This document shows, piece by piece, positions 16,537 to 24,771 of a DNA stretch of 46,221 nucleotides; position 1 is the stretch's first letter; every line of letters starts with the position of its first letter. The position numbers were made by a program, and so were the translations under genes. The notes under the pieces were generated by a model. The model was given only the letters and a program-made list of their open reading frames with translations, had not been told where the DNA came from and did no database searches. Origin of the DNA: Candidatus Yonathbacteria bacterium CG_4_8_14_3_um_filter_46_25 (lineage in GTDB: Bacteria; Patescibacteriota; Minisyncoccia; Phycocordibacterales; UBA1539); assembly GCA_002788135.1 (NCBI GenBank), contig PFQT01000040.1, forward strand, positions 1 to 46,221, written 5' to 3'.

Positions 16537-17910
16537 TTAGAAATCCTCGAGGTTTTGATCATGATCGCGTCTATTGCTGTCGACATTGAGGAATGTCACT
16601 TTTTTATCATCAAAATACAGCTCCACCATGCCGGTCGGACCATTACGGTGCTTCTCAATGAGGATTTCGGCTATGTTCGGCTTTTCGGAATTTTCATTGT
16701 ATTTGTCATCACGATGAATGAACATCACCACGTCAGCGTCTTGTTCGATTGATCCGGAATCACGCAAGTCAGAGAGCCGTGGTTTGTCGCGGCGCTGTTC
16801 TACGGCGCGTGAAAGTTGAGAGAGCGCAAGTACCGGCACTTTGATCTCCCGAGCAAGACTTTTAAGCGAACGAGAGATTTCAGTTACTTGATTCACCATC
16901 GAATCGTAATTTTTCGTCGTATTCATGAGTTGGAGATAATCGACAATGATAAGTTCAATATTGTGTTCGGCTTTCAGACGACGCGCGGCGGAACGCATAT
17001 TGATGATATTATTGCCCGGTTGATCATCAATATAGATCGGCGCTTTCGCTAATCGGTCGAGAGAGTCTTGAAGCTTCTGAAACTCTTCATCCGCTCTCAA
17101 GTTGCCGGTGCGCAGTTTCCACGCGTCGACGCGCGATTCTGCGGCAAGCATGCGATCGACAAGCTGTTGAGAACTCATCTCAAGCGAAAATATGCCAACC
17201 GGTATATTGTGCATGACCGCGGTTTGGCGCGCGATATCAAGCGCGAGTGCCGTTTTTCCCATTGATGGGCGAGCGGCAAGGATAATGAGATCCGATTGTT
17301 GTAAACCGGAGAGCTTCTCGTCAAGTCCGGTAAACCCGGTAGGGATTCCGCGCAACGTGTTGGTCGAGTTGTGGAGTTTATCAAATCGTTCCCATGCTTC
17401 TCCCAATGCGTCTTTGATACTGATGAAGTTTTGCCCAATGCCAAAATTGGTGATCCCGAATATTTTTTTCTCCGCTTTGTCGAGCAAAGTATCAACATCT
17501 TCGCTCTCATCATAGCCGAATTCGGAAATATGATCCGCGGCATCAATCAATTCTCGTAAAACGCGTTTTTTCTGGACGGTTTTCGCGTAGTGTTTGATGT
17601 TGGCGGCCGAAGGAACGATGTTGACAAGCTCGGTCAAGTACGAACTTCCGCCGATCGTTTCAAGTTTTTTCTTTTCTCGCAAACGCGAAGAGACCGAAAG
17701 AAGATCGATCGGCTCGTGTTTTGAATGGAGGTCAAGCATCACCTTGAAGATAAGGCGATTTTTTTCCGCGTAAAATGATTCGGAATCGACAACATCAACA
17801 ATATCGTGCATCGTCTCGGGTTTGAGCATGATGGAACCGAGGAGTGCTTTCTCCGAATCAATGTCTTGTGGCGGAATACGCATGGGGCCTGATTTGAATT
17901 CTTTCGCCAT
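16537..17910 (-). CDS. dnaB: Replicative DNA helicase DnaB
   Basis: IPPQDIDSEKALLGSIM, Walker A AARPSMGKTALALDIA, IIVDYLQLM, LSQLSRAVEQR. Confidence 0.95.
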   Translation of the reverse strand: MAKEFKSGPMRIPPQDIDSEKALLGSIMLKPETMHDIVDVVDSESFYAEKNRLIFKVMLDLHSKHEPIDLLSVSSRLREKKKLETIGGSSYLTELVNIVPSAANIKHYAKTVQKKRVLRELIDAADHISEFGYDESEDVDTLLDKAEKKIFGITNFGIGQNFISIKDALGEAWERFDKLHNSTNTLRGIPTGFTGLDEKLSGLQQSDLIILAARPSMGKTALALDIARQTAVMHNIPVGIFSLEMSSQQLVDRMLAAESRVDAWKLRTGNLRADEEFQKLQDSLDRLAKAPIYIDDQPGNNIINMRSAARRLKAEHNIELIIVDYLQLMNTTKNYDSMVNQVTEISRSLKSLAREIKVPVLALSQLSRAVEQRRDKPRLSDLRDSGSIEQDADVVMFIHRDDKYNENSEKPNIAEILIEKHRNGPTGMVELYFDDKKVTFLNVDSNRRDHDQNLEDF

Positions 17911-17975
17911 GGTCGTGTCATTCTAGCACATGACCCCGGTATACCGCATCTGCAAAAATGGGCAGAACCTTGTGA

Positions 17976-18296
17976 TTATTGTGGGGACAAAAGCGTTTTG
18001 CCCTGCCGAGCAAAATAAATCACACCACACATTTTAAAAAACAAAGGTGTCTGACCCCTTTCTCGTTGACTTGCCCACAGGGCGTTTTTACCGAATTTCG
18101 TTGATTCGTATAACGCCCGATACACAACCATCTCCTCGAGAGTTTCGCTGTGCCGCGCGATGCCGATCGCTTCGTACAACTTCCCTTTGTAGTGTTTATA
18201 TTTTCCAAGACGGATGTTCTCCGTGGTTTTTAAACAAGAAATTATGTTAACTCTATTCAATCCATTTTTTATGCTTGAAGAAGGAAAGCATGGCAA
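17976..18296 (-). CDS. DUF1653-like small protein (start uncertain, C-terminus atypical)
   Basis: LGKYKHYKGKLYEAIGIARHSETLEEMVVYRALY matches the DUF1653 core. The ORF overlaps the corA-like stop. A TTG at 18260 is an alternative start. Confidence 0.45.
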   Translation of the reverse strand: MPCFPSSSIKNGLNRVNIISCLKTTENIRLGKYKHYKGKLYEAIGIARHSETLEEMVVYRALYESTKFGKNALWASQRERGQTPLFFKMCGVIYFARQGKTLLSPQ

Positions 18297-19170
18297 ATGT
18301 CGCGGCTACCATTACGCCAATAATAATCCAAAAATCAAAACTGCCGCCGACGAGCGGAGTATGTTCGGTCTTCATGCCAAAGATTGCGGCCAGAAGCGAG
18401 AGCGGAAACGTGACGAACGCAAGAATTGTAAGATTCTTCATAATTTCATTTGTCTTGGTGGTGAGAAGCGAGTCGTTGGTGTCGCGCAATTCCGCAAGAG
18501 TCTCTTTGTGGCCATCAAGCATATTGTTGATCTTGTAATATTCTCCCGTGATCGCGCGTAGATAATATGAGAATTCGCTCCCGAAGAATTTTTCTCCCGC
18601 AAGTTCAAATGACTCAAGTACTTCTTTGTGGTGGCGAATTGCCTGCTTGAAGTTCAAAAGATTGCGAGCGGCACCAGAGATGACTTTGACCATTTTTATT
18701 TCGTTGCCGTTGAATATCTGACGTTCGATATCATCAAGCATGTTACTCACCGTATCAAGCTCTTCAATAAGATTTTTGTATAATTCGCGCATTAAATAGA
18801 AAAATAAATATCCCGCGTGCTCCGAGATATTGCTTTTGTCGAGGATTGAATTCACCTCGAAAACTTTTGAAAAATCATGGAGCGGATCAACAAGGTCATA
18901 ATGCGTTGTAATGATAAAATTTTTACCTATGACAAAGTCAACTTCTTGCTCGCTCTTGCCATTGTGTTTATGAATGACCGTAGGAAAATGAAGGATTAGG
19001 TAGATGCAGTTTTCATAGATGTCGACCTTCGGGCGCAATGTCGGAGAGAGAAGTTCGTCGGCGACGATAGGATGAACATGGTATTCTTCCATGATGCCGC
19101 GCACCTCTTCTTTGTCGGGGGATTCGATATCGACCCATGTCAGATTCTTGTGAGTATATCTTGAAATCAT
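18253..19170 (-). CDS. corA: CorA-family divalent cation transporter homologue with GMK in place of GMN
   Basis: CorA-like cytoplasmic domain plus two C-terminal TM helices. The signature region reads FPLSLLAAIFGMKTEHTP, where YGMNF is expected. The start is taken at ATG 19170. Confidence 0.7.
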   Translation of the reverse strand: MISRYTHKNLTWVDIESPDKEEVRGIMEEYHVHPIVADELLSPTLRPKVDIYENCIYLILHFPTVIHKHNGKSEQEVDFVIGKNFIITTHYDLVDPLHDFSKVFEVNSILDKSNISEHAGYLFFYLMRELYKNLIEELDTVSNMLDDIERQIFNGNEIKMVKVISGAARNLLNFKQAIRHHKEVLESFELAGEKFFGSEFSYYLRAITGEYYKINNMLDGHKETLAELRDTNDSLLTTKTNEIMKNLTILAFVTFPLSLLAAIFGMKTEHTPLVGGSFDFWIIIGVMVAATFAMLSFFKHKKWIE

Positions 19171-19195
19171 GTTTTGATTATATCCGCGGGTCTGT

Positions 19196-19224
19196 TTGAC
19201 CACAAGTGGATAGTTTGAGATAAT
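19196..19224 (+). promoter_or_regulatory. Promoter candidate (TTGACC-17-GATAAT) giving an essentially leaderless transcript
   Basis: The -10 ends 6 nt before ATG 19231. Confidence 0.55.
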
Positions 19225-19230
19225 GACCCA

Positions 19231-20445
19231 ATGCGACTTCAATATAAAAATACAGTGTTTGTCATCGCGGCGTTCGTGATAGTAAGCGCCTCTTTTTTCG
19301 TCGGCTTCTATTCAGGGATTGCGTACAACATGACGGACGAACGGTCGCTCCCGATCAATACCACGGACGGCATGCCCGAATCAGTCGATTTTTCAATGTT
19401 CTGGAAAGTGTGGCATATGGTGGAAGACAATTATGTTTCCATCGATACGGTGGACGAGCAACAAATGGTGTGGGGGGCGATCTCAGGGCTTGTCAGCTCG
19501 CTCGGAGATCCGTATTCAGTTTTCTTCCCGCCAAAAGAGAACAAATATTTCGAGAGTGAGATACGCGGTAATTTCGAAGGGGTTGGCATGGAGATTGGAA
19601 TTCGCGACGACGTGCTCACGATTATTGCGCCGCTCAAAGGAACGCCCGCCGGTCGTGCTGGTCTGCTTGCCAGTGACAAGATTATAAAGATCGATGAAAC
19701 GTCCTCTGCCGGACTTTCAGTTGATGAAGCGGTCGACCTGATACGCGGAGAAAAAGGAAGCACGGTCACCTTTGTCATATTCAGAGAAGGAAAGAGCGAG
19801 CCGTTTACCGTATCTTTGGTGCGAGATGTTATTGATATTCCAACGATAGAGACCAAGAAACGCGACGACGGTATTTTTGTGATCACGCTCTACAGTTTTT
19901 CAGCACAGTCACCGGATTTGTTTCGGAATGCCCTGCGAGAATTTGTTGAGTCCGGCGACGACAAGCTTGTTCTTGACCTGCGTAATAATCCTGGTGGTTA
20001 CCTGGATGCCGCGGTTGACATGGCAAGTTGGTTCCTACCGATCGGGGATGTGGTCGTCCAAGAGTCGTTTCGAAACTCATCGCACGATCTTGTGCACCGA
20101 AGCAGGGGATATGACATCTTTAACGATAGTCTAAAATTTGTCATTTTAATAAATGAAGGGTCGGCTTCCGCATCAGAGATTATGGCGGGAGCATTGTCGG
20201 AACACGGGAAGGCGATTCTCGTCGGCGAACGGAGTTTTGGCAAAGGCTCGGTGCAGGAACTCTTGCCGGTAACCGATACCACGTCGCTAAAGGTGACCGT
20301 GGCAAAATGGCTGACACCGAACGGAGTTTCAATCTCAGAAAATGGGCTTACTCCGGAGATAGATGTCTCCTTTACACAAGATGATTTTGAAGCAGGAAGA
20401 GATCCGCAAATGGACAAGGCGATCGAGACGCTCAAGGGGATGTAG
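19231..20445 (+). CDS. S41 family C-terminal processing peptidase
   Basis: N-terminal anchor, PDZ block GVGMEIGIRDDVLTIIAPLKGTPAGRAGLLASDKIIKID, and catalytic blocks LDLRNNPGGYL, GSASASEI, FGKGSVQ. Confidence 0.9.
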   Translation: MRLQYKNTVFVIAAFVIVSASFFVGFYSGIAYNMTDERSLPINTTDGMPESVDFSMFWKVWHMVEDNYVSIDTVDEQQMVWGAISGLVSSLGDPYSVFFPPKENKYFESEIRGNFEGVGMEIGIRDDVLTIIAPLKGTPAGRAGLLASDKIIKIDETSSAGLSVDEAVDLIRGEKGSTVTFVIFREGKSEPFTVSLVRDVIDIPTIETKKRDDGIFVITLYSFSAQSPDLFRNALREFVESGDDKLVLDLRNNPGGYLDAAVDMASWFLPIGDVVVQESFRNSSHDLVHRSRGYDIFNDSLKFVILINEGSASASEIMAGALSEHGKAILVGERSFGKGSVQELLPVTDTTSLKVTVAKWLTPNGVSISENGLTPEIDVSFTQDDFEAGRDPQMDKAIETLKGM

Positions 20446-20511
20446 TTTTTTACTCTAATCCACTCATAAATGACCAGCCGTTACTAAATGCCGGTCTAAA
20501 CAGCCACGCCA

Positions 20512-20539
20512 TTGACCTGTTTAGCAATAAGTGTATTAT
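20512..20539 (+). promoter_or_regulatory. Promoter candidate (TTGACC-16-TATTAT) for structured RNA 1
   Basis: The -10 ends 7 nt before the 5' arm of the closing stem at 20547. Confidence 0.5.
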
Positions 20540-20546
20540 CAAATGT

Positions 20547-20680
20547 AGGATTGTTCGTGGCCAGTTTCTTGCGCGGCGAAAGTCACTTTCCCACCTCCTG
20601 GAAGCGACTGGCCCGGGAGATTGCGCCACGAACAATCCTATTATTAGGTCTACGCTCCGGTGTAGACCTTTTCTTTTTAT
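20547..20680 (+). ncRNA. Structured RNA 1: 15-bp closing stem, apical CACCUCCU loop, own terminator
   Basis: aggattgttcgtggc (20547-20561) pairs with gccacgaacaatcct (20625-20639). Inner uucc/ggaa stem presents CACCUCCU (20592-20599). The terminator is aggtctac...gtagacct plus tttcttttt (20646-20680). No ORF. Confidence 0.5.
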
Positions 20681-20753
20681 ATTTATAGGCGACAAAGCAA
20701 TATGCTCGCAAAATCCTCGGCGTGCGGGTTGAATGAAATCCAAGTAGGGCTAC

Positions 20754-20780
20754 TTTATTGGACACCGAGTGTCCAATAAA
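20754..20780. repeat. 27-nt palindromic element, copy b (perfect)
   Basis: tttattggacaccgagtgtccaataaa. Confidence 0.9.
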
Positions 20781-20795
20781 GTATAAAATGAATTT

Positions 20796-20858
20796 TGTAC
20801 AGTTACCCTTATGGGGTGACATTCTGATAAGATTGGGGTGACAAAGGGTAACTGTACA
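20796..20858. repeat. Copy 2 of the GGGGTGACA element, here closed by 15-bp inverted arms
   Basis: tgtacagttaccctt ... aagggtaactgtaca enclose ggggtgaca at 20813-20821 and 20835-20843. Positions 20810-20858 match 72-120 with 2 mismatches. Confidence 0.85.
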
Positions 20859-20863
20859 AATTA

Positions 20864-20892
20864 TTGACACAAGTTATCGATTGCTGTACTAT
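20864..20892 (+). promoter_or_regulatory. Promoter candidate (TTGACA-17-TACTAT) for structured RNA 2
   Basis: Consensus -35. The -10 ends about 8 nt before the closing stem at 20901. Confidence 0.55.
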
Positions 20893-20898
20893 TGGCGG

Positions 20899-21012
20899 TA
20901 GGTGAGAGTTGTGTCCGGGTGGTCATCTATGCTCTCCCTCCTCCCGGCTAGGTGATTTTCCCGACACAACTCTCACCATCACGCCCCGCAGGTTTACTCG
21001 GGGCGTTTTTTT
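20899..21012 (+). ncRNA. Structured RNA 2 (sRNA or rplI leader): 18-bp closing stem, CU-rich apical loop, own terminator
   Basis: ggtgagagttgtgtc(c)ggg (20901-20919) pairs with cccgacacaactctcacc (20960-20977). Inner stem tcatcta/taggtga presents the loop ucucccuccuccc (20932-20945). The terminator is gccccg...cggggc plus ttttttt (20983-21012). Confidence 0.5.
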
Positions 21013-21038
21013 GCAAATTTGTGGAAACTGTGTATACT
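21011..21038 (+). promoter_or_regulatory. Promoter candidate for rplI (TTGCAA-16-TATACT, preceded by TG)
   Basis: Lies between the RNA 2 terminator and ATG 21061. Confidence 0.4.
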
Positions 21039-21060
21039 CATAATCACATAACATAAAAAA

Positions 21061-21513
21061 ATGAAAATAGTTTTATTGTGCGATGTCCCCAAAGTGGGAA
21101 AGAAATATGATGTGAAAGAAGTCACGCGCGGCTACGCGAGGAATTTTTTGCTCCCTCGAAAACTGGCTCAAATCGCAACCGAGAGGATTATAAGACAGAC
21201 CACCACGGAGCAAGAGAATGCGGAAGCGCGCCGCAAAATTCGCGAAGACCTTCTTCTTAAAAACATCAAAGGATTTGAAAGCATTGTAATTACCGTTCAG
21301 GAAAAAGCCAATAAGCAAGGGCATCTATTCGCGGGGATACACAAAGAAGAAATCATCTCGCTTATAAAAGAACAGACACATCTTGATATCGATGCGGAGC
21401 ATATTTTCTTGGAAAAACCGATCAAGGAGCTCGGAGAACATCTGGTGAATGTCGGAGTAGGCGATAAGCGTGCAACATTCAAGATCATCGTTGAAGAGAA
21501 AAAAGAAGATTGA
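21061..21513 (+). CDS. rplI: 50S ribosomal protein L9
   Basis: MKIVLLCDVPKVGKKYDVKEVTRGYARNFLLPRKLA. Length is typical. Confidence 0.9.
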   Translation: MKIVLLCDVPKVGKKYDVKEVTRGYARNFLLPRKLAQIATERIIRQTTTEQENAEARRKIREDLLLKNIKGFESIVITVQEKANKQGHLFAGIHKEEIISLIKEQTHLDIDAEHIFLEKPIKELGEHLVNVGVGDKRATFKIIVEEKKED

Positions 21514-21542
21514 CCTTGTCGGGAGTCAGATATCATGGCATA

Positions 21543-21583
21543 GCAAAAACTCGTCCTGCGCTGTGTGTAGGACGAGTTTTTGC
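21543..21583. terminator. Bidirectional terminator between convergent rplI and rpmA
   Basis: 15-bp stem gcaaaaactcgtcct / aggacgagtttttgc. Confidence 0.8.
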
Positions 21584-21602
21584 TGTGCCATTTATACGGA
21601 CT

Positions 21603-21875
21603 TTAGTCAATATTAACAACCTTCTTTTTCTTGGTCAAACTATTGAACCCGATCTTTCTCTTCGTGGAGAACCGCACTGTTCCTTCTTTGAGTGCGTAAA
21701 GAGTGTGATCATTGCCGATTCCTACATTCGTACCCGGCAGTATTTTGGTTCCTCGTTGTCTAACGATCACCGATCCGGGTTTTGCCTTCTCGCCGGCGTA
21801 CAATTTAGTCCCCAAGTATTTTGGGTTTGAATCACGCAGGTTTTTTGCCGTTCCTCCAGCTTTTCTATGTGCCAT
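21603..21875 (-). CDS. rpmA: 50S ribosomal protein L27
   Basis: [29 protein letters not shown]...[20 protein letters not shown]. Confidence 0.95.
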   Translation of the reverse strand: MAHRKAGGTAKNLRDSNPKYLGTKLYAGEKAKPGSVIVRQRGTKILPGTNVGIGNDHTLYALKEGTVRFSTKRKIGFNSLTKKKKVVNID

Positions 21876-21906
21876 AATTCTAAAAAATCGCTATAATAAT
21901 GTAATT

Positions 21907-22302
21907 ATGAGTATATCGGATTTCGGACAAAAAATCAAGCACTTCTTGGAGCACAATGAAACGCTTTTTATCGCGACCATCATTATCCTTGTAGCTTTTG
22001 CTAGCTTTGGTTTGGGACGGCTTTCCAAGATTGAAAGACAGAAGGAGCCAGTGAGGATAGAGAACCCCAAAGCGATCATGCAAGCGGCGGCGATCGTTCC
22101 CGATATCGGGAACCCGGCAACCGACCATCCCGCTGGGACTTCCGAAGAGATATTCGTCGCGTCAAAGAACGGCACCAAATATCATTTCCCGTGGTGCTCC
22201 GGCGCGCAGGCAATTAAAGACTCAAACAAGATTGTCTTCAAGAGTCGAGAAGAAGCGCAACGAGCAGGGTATACGCCGGCGGCAAATTGCAAAGGGCTTT
22301 GA
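21907..22302 (+). CDS. Membrane-anchored protein with C-terminal Ada-metal-binding-like ('sunset') Cys motif
   Basis: TM helix LFIATIIILVAFASFGLG. The C-terminus is KYHFPWCSGAQAIKDSNKIVFKSREEAQRAGYTPAANCKG. The start is taken at ATG 21907 (the ORF opens at 21712 inside rpmA antisense). Confidence 0.6.
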   Translation: MSISDFGQKIKHFLEHNETLFIATIIILVAFASFGLGRLSKIERQKEPVRIENPKAIMQAAAIVPDIGNPATDHPAGTSEEIFVASKNGTKYHFPWCSGAQAIKDSNKIVFKSREEAQRAGYTPAANCKGL

Positions 22303-22347
22303 TCTCATTAGGATGGTTCCCTACTGTGTATGCTATAATTAAAGATC

Positions 22348-22881
22348 ATGATGAAAGACAAGCAGAAACTTTTTATGGTTGCCGGCGTTGTTGGGTTGAT
22401 AATATTGCTTGGGTTCGTTTTTCTATTTAAGGGATTAACAGGATCGTCAGGCGGCGATACCAGCGGGATTCTCTCCACCGATACCATCCCGTCGACAGAG
22501 GTCGCTCGCGGATATTATGGCGGATTCACGACGGATCAAAATTTTGTTGTTACCGATAGTGATACGTGGAGAAAATTATGGACGCACATATACAGCGCCA
22601 CAAAACCGAAACCGTCGCTTCCGAACATAGATTTTAAGAAGAACACCGTGATTGCCGCTTTTGGCGGGATGCAAAACAGAGATAAATATTCTCTTACCAT
22701 AGATAGCGTGGTCGAAACAGAGCTTTCTCTTATTGCTTATATTATTGAGCGCCACCCCGATCAAAGATGCAATGTCGGGAACAATACCCTTTTTGGAAGC
22801 CCGTTTTACATTATGAAGATTTCACACAGTGAAAAACCGGTCACATTCAAGAGGGAAATAAAAACTCAAGAATGCCTTTGA
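22348..22881 (+). CDS. PrcB C-terminal domain-like anchored protein
   Basis: N-terminal anchor. FVVTDSDTWRKLW...PNIDFKKNTVIAAFGG...YSLTIDSVVE...LIAYIIE...PFYIMKISHSEKPVTF follows the PrcB_C pattern. Confidence 0.6.
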   Translation: MMKDKQKLFMVAGVVGLIILLGFVFLFKGLTGSSGGDTSGILSTDTIPSTEVARGYYGGFTTDQNFVVTDSDTWRKLWTHIYSATKPKPSLPNIDFKKNTVIAAFGGMQNRDKYSLTIDSVVETELSLIAYIIERHPDQRCNVGNNTLFGSPFYIMKISHSEKPVTFKREIKTQECL

Positions 22882-22884
22882 CGT

Positions 22885-23481
22885 ATGATTATTATTGATG
22901 TTGAAACATCGGGACTTGATCCGAAAAAATATTCCATACTGAGCATCGGGGCCGTTGACTTTGACGTGCCTGACCGAAGCCCATTCTACCGGGAATGCCA
23001 AGTGTGGGACGGGGCTTTGGTTTCAAAAGAAGCGCTCGCGGTTAATGGCTTCACTGAAGCGGAGTGCTTTGATCCTTCACGAGGATTGTTCGAAGACTCA
23101 ATCCGTGCTTTTTGGCACTGGGTCGAACAGAGTAATGAACTGACAATCGCGGGACAAAATACGTCTTTTGATCGCGATTTCATCAACGATTCATTCAGAC
23201 GTGCCGGCATTGATTTTCAATTTGCGTTTAGAACGATCGATCTTCATTCTGTGTGCTATGCTTATCACCTTAAGAACGAAATTCCCATACCGCTGAAAAA
23301 TGGACACTCGGCGCTCTCTCTCGACAAGATACTTGAGTTTGTCGGTATGGAAACGGAATCACGCCCGCACCACGCACTTAATGGCGCGAAGCTTGAGACC
23401 GAAGCGTTCTCGCGGCTCTTGCGGGGGAGGGGATTTTTCGACGAATACCAGCAATACGAGATTCCCGAATATTTAAAATAA
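22885..23481 (+). CDS. DnaQ-like 3'-5' exonuclease (DEDD family)
   Basis: Exo I is IIIDVETSGLDP and Exo II is GQNTSFDRDFI. The Exo III region HHALNGAKLE is atypical: the usual Asp is not obvious. Confidence 0.7.
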   Translation: MIIIDVETSGLDPKKYSILSIGAVDFDVPDRSPFYRECQVWDGALVSKEALAVNGFTEAECFDPSRGLFEDSIRAFWHWVEQSNELTIAGQNTSFDRDFINDSFRRAGIDFQFAFRTIDLHSVCYAYHLKNEIPIPLKNGHSALSLDKILEFVGMETESRPHHALNGAKLETEAFSRLLRGRGFFDEYQQYEIPEYLK

Positions 23482-23515
23482 GTTTGTGGCATATAGAGCA
23501 CCTCTATGGCATACT

Positions 23516-24724
23516 CTATTCCGGCTCTTTCCCCGGCTGACTATCGGCGGATGAATTTTTCTTGTTCGTGTGTTTGAGTACGAAAAACTTCTTGGTCGTT
23601 TTGATAGCCGCGAGTTTTTCGCGGATATTATCCGGCAATGAGGGAAGAATCCGCTCAAGCTTCTTTTCATCCGGAGACAATACTTTATCGAGCATCTCTG
23701 CTTGTTCTAAAATGTCTTTTGCTTTTTCCATATCATAGCTTGAGCGTTCCTGAACATTTTTTGTTATATAGCCGTGCGAGCTAAAAACTCGCAAAAGCTT
23801 CCGGTCTTCCATATAGGAGAGAATCTTTTCGCGAAGCCCGGCAAGACGTTTCTTGTTCTGGTCTTCGGCATCTTTGATCTCAAAAAACTCCGCTATCGCG
23901 GCACCCGCCTCGGTGTCGTCAACAGTCATTATTTCGCTTGGATATTCGTGCGACCACATCGGGCAAATCTTTCTAAACCCGCAATAGCCGCACAAAGGAC
24001 CGGGGGTTGGCAAAAAATCGTTTTGTTGGGTCTTTTTTTCTATCTCGCGAATGGCGCCAATGACACGAACGCGGACATCGCCAATTACAGGCGCAGTAAA
24101 CGTGTTGCTCACCTTATTATTGTGTTTGAGGAAGTAGAGAGTTGTCTTGATATTTTCGCTTTTCGTCTGTGGCCAACGAGATGAAAGCGCGAGATGGTAT
24201 ATACCAAGCTGGAGATCCGATTCAAGTTCTTTTTGCGGCGGCATTCGCTTGCCGGTCTTGTAGTCAATGATCTCATAGAGATCGGAATCGGGGTCTTTAT
24301 CGATCCGATCGATGATGCCGCTTATGGTGTGAGTCGCACCGTTCAGATCATCAACAAGGTCAAATGAAAATCGTCCTTCAAGCTCGATGACGTTGAATGT
24401 CCATGGCTGATTCTTTTTGTAGAAATTCTTTAATATTTTAACCCCTTCCTCGAAATACATTTTTTCTTCCGCGTCTTTTTTCTCCGGGTTGCGCCACTCG
24501 ACCTTTTCCGACTTTTCGCCCCATTTATTCGTATAAAAATCAATGACCTCGTCGAGCGTGGGGTAAAGCGGATTACGTTCAAACATGAATTTCAGCGCGG
24601 AATGAATAATCGTGCCAAACACCGACTCGATCCGCTTCGGTTCTTTCAGTTTATCGATCTGACTGTATTTATACTTGAGCGGGCAGGTTTTATAGGTATT
24701 AAGAGCGGAATATGACGTTTTCAT
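23516..24724 (-). CDS. PD-(D/E)XK (RecB/AddB/Cas4-like) nuclease with C-terminal Cys cluster
   Basis: SYSALNTYKTCPLKYKY, GIIDRIDK...LYEIIDYKTGK, QLGIYHLAL, CGYCGFRKICP. Confidence 0.75.
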   Translation of the reverse strand: MKTSYSALNTYKTCPLKYKYSQIDKLKEPKRIESVFGTIIHSALKFMFERNPLYPTLDEVIDFYTNKWGEKSEKVEWRNPEKKDAEEKMYFEEGVKILKNFYKKNQPWTFNVIELEGRFSFDLVDDLNGATHTISGIIDRIDKDPDSDLYEIIDYKTGKRMPPQKELESDLQLGIYHLALSSRWPQTKSENIKTTLYFLKHNNKVSNTFTAPVIGDVRVRVIGAIREIEKKTQQNDFLPTPGPLCGYCGFRKICPMWSHEYPSEIMTVDDTEAGAAIAEFFEIKDAEDQNKKRLAGLREKILSYMEDRKLLRVFSSHGYITKNVQERSSYDMEKAKDILEQAEMLDKVLSPDEKKLERILPSLPDNIREKLAAIKTTKKFFVLKHTNKKNSSADSQPGKEPE

Positions 24725-24771
24725 TGAGTCATTGTAGCATACTCTCTAAAACGAAAACATCGCGCGGACAG

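Noticed and set aside
20583-20870. ORFs at 20583..20870, 28550..28738, 43025..43267 (N-terminal part) and 43217..43618, all encoding the peptide IGH(S/R)VSNK.
   Set aside because: The shared peptide is simply the translation of the 27-nt palindrome, which reads the same on both strands. It is not evidence of a protein family.
20547-21012. Identity of the structured RNAs (also 6080-6203) as SRP RNA, 6S RNA, tmRNA or RNase P RNA.
   Set aside because: Long closing stems resemble 4.5S RNA. However, I could not find the domain IV GGAA tetraloop with flanking AGCA/GGUCC motifs. Sizes are too small for the other RNAs.
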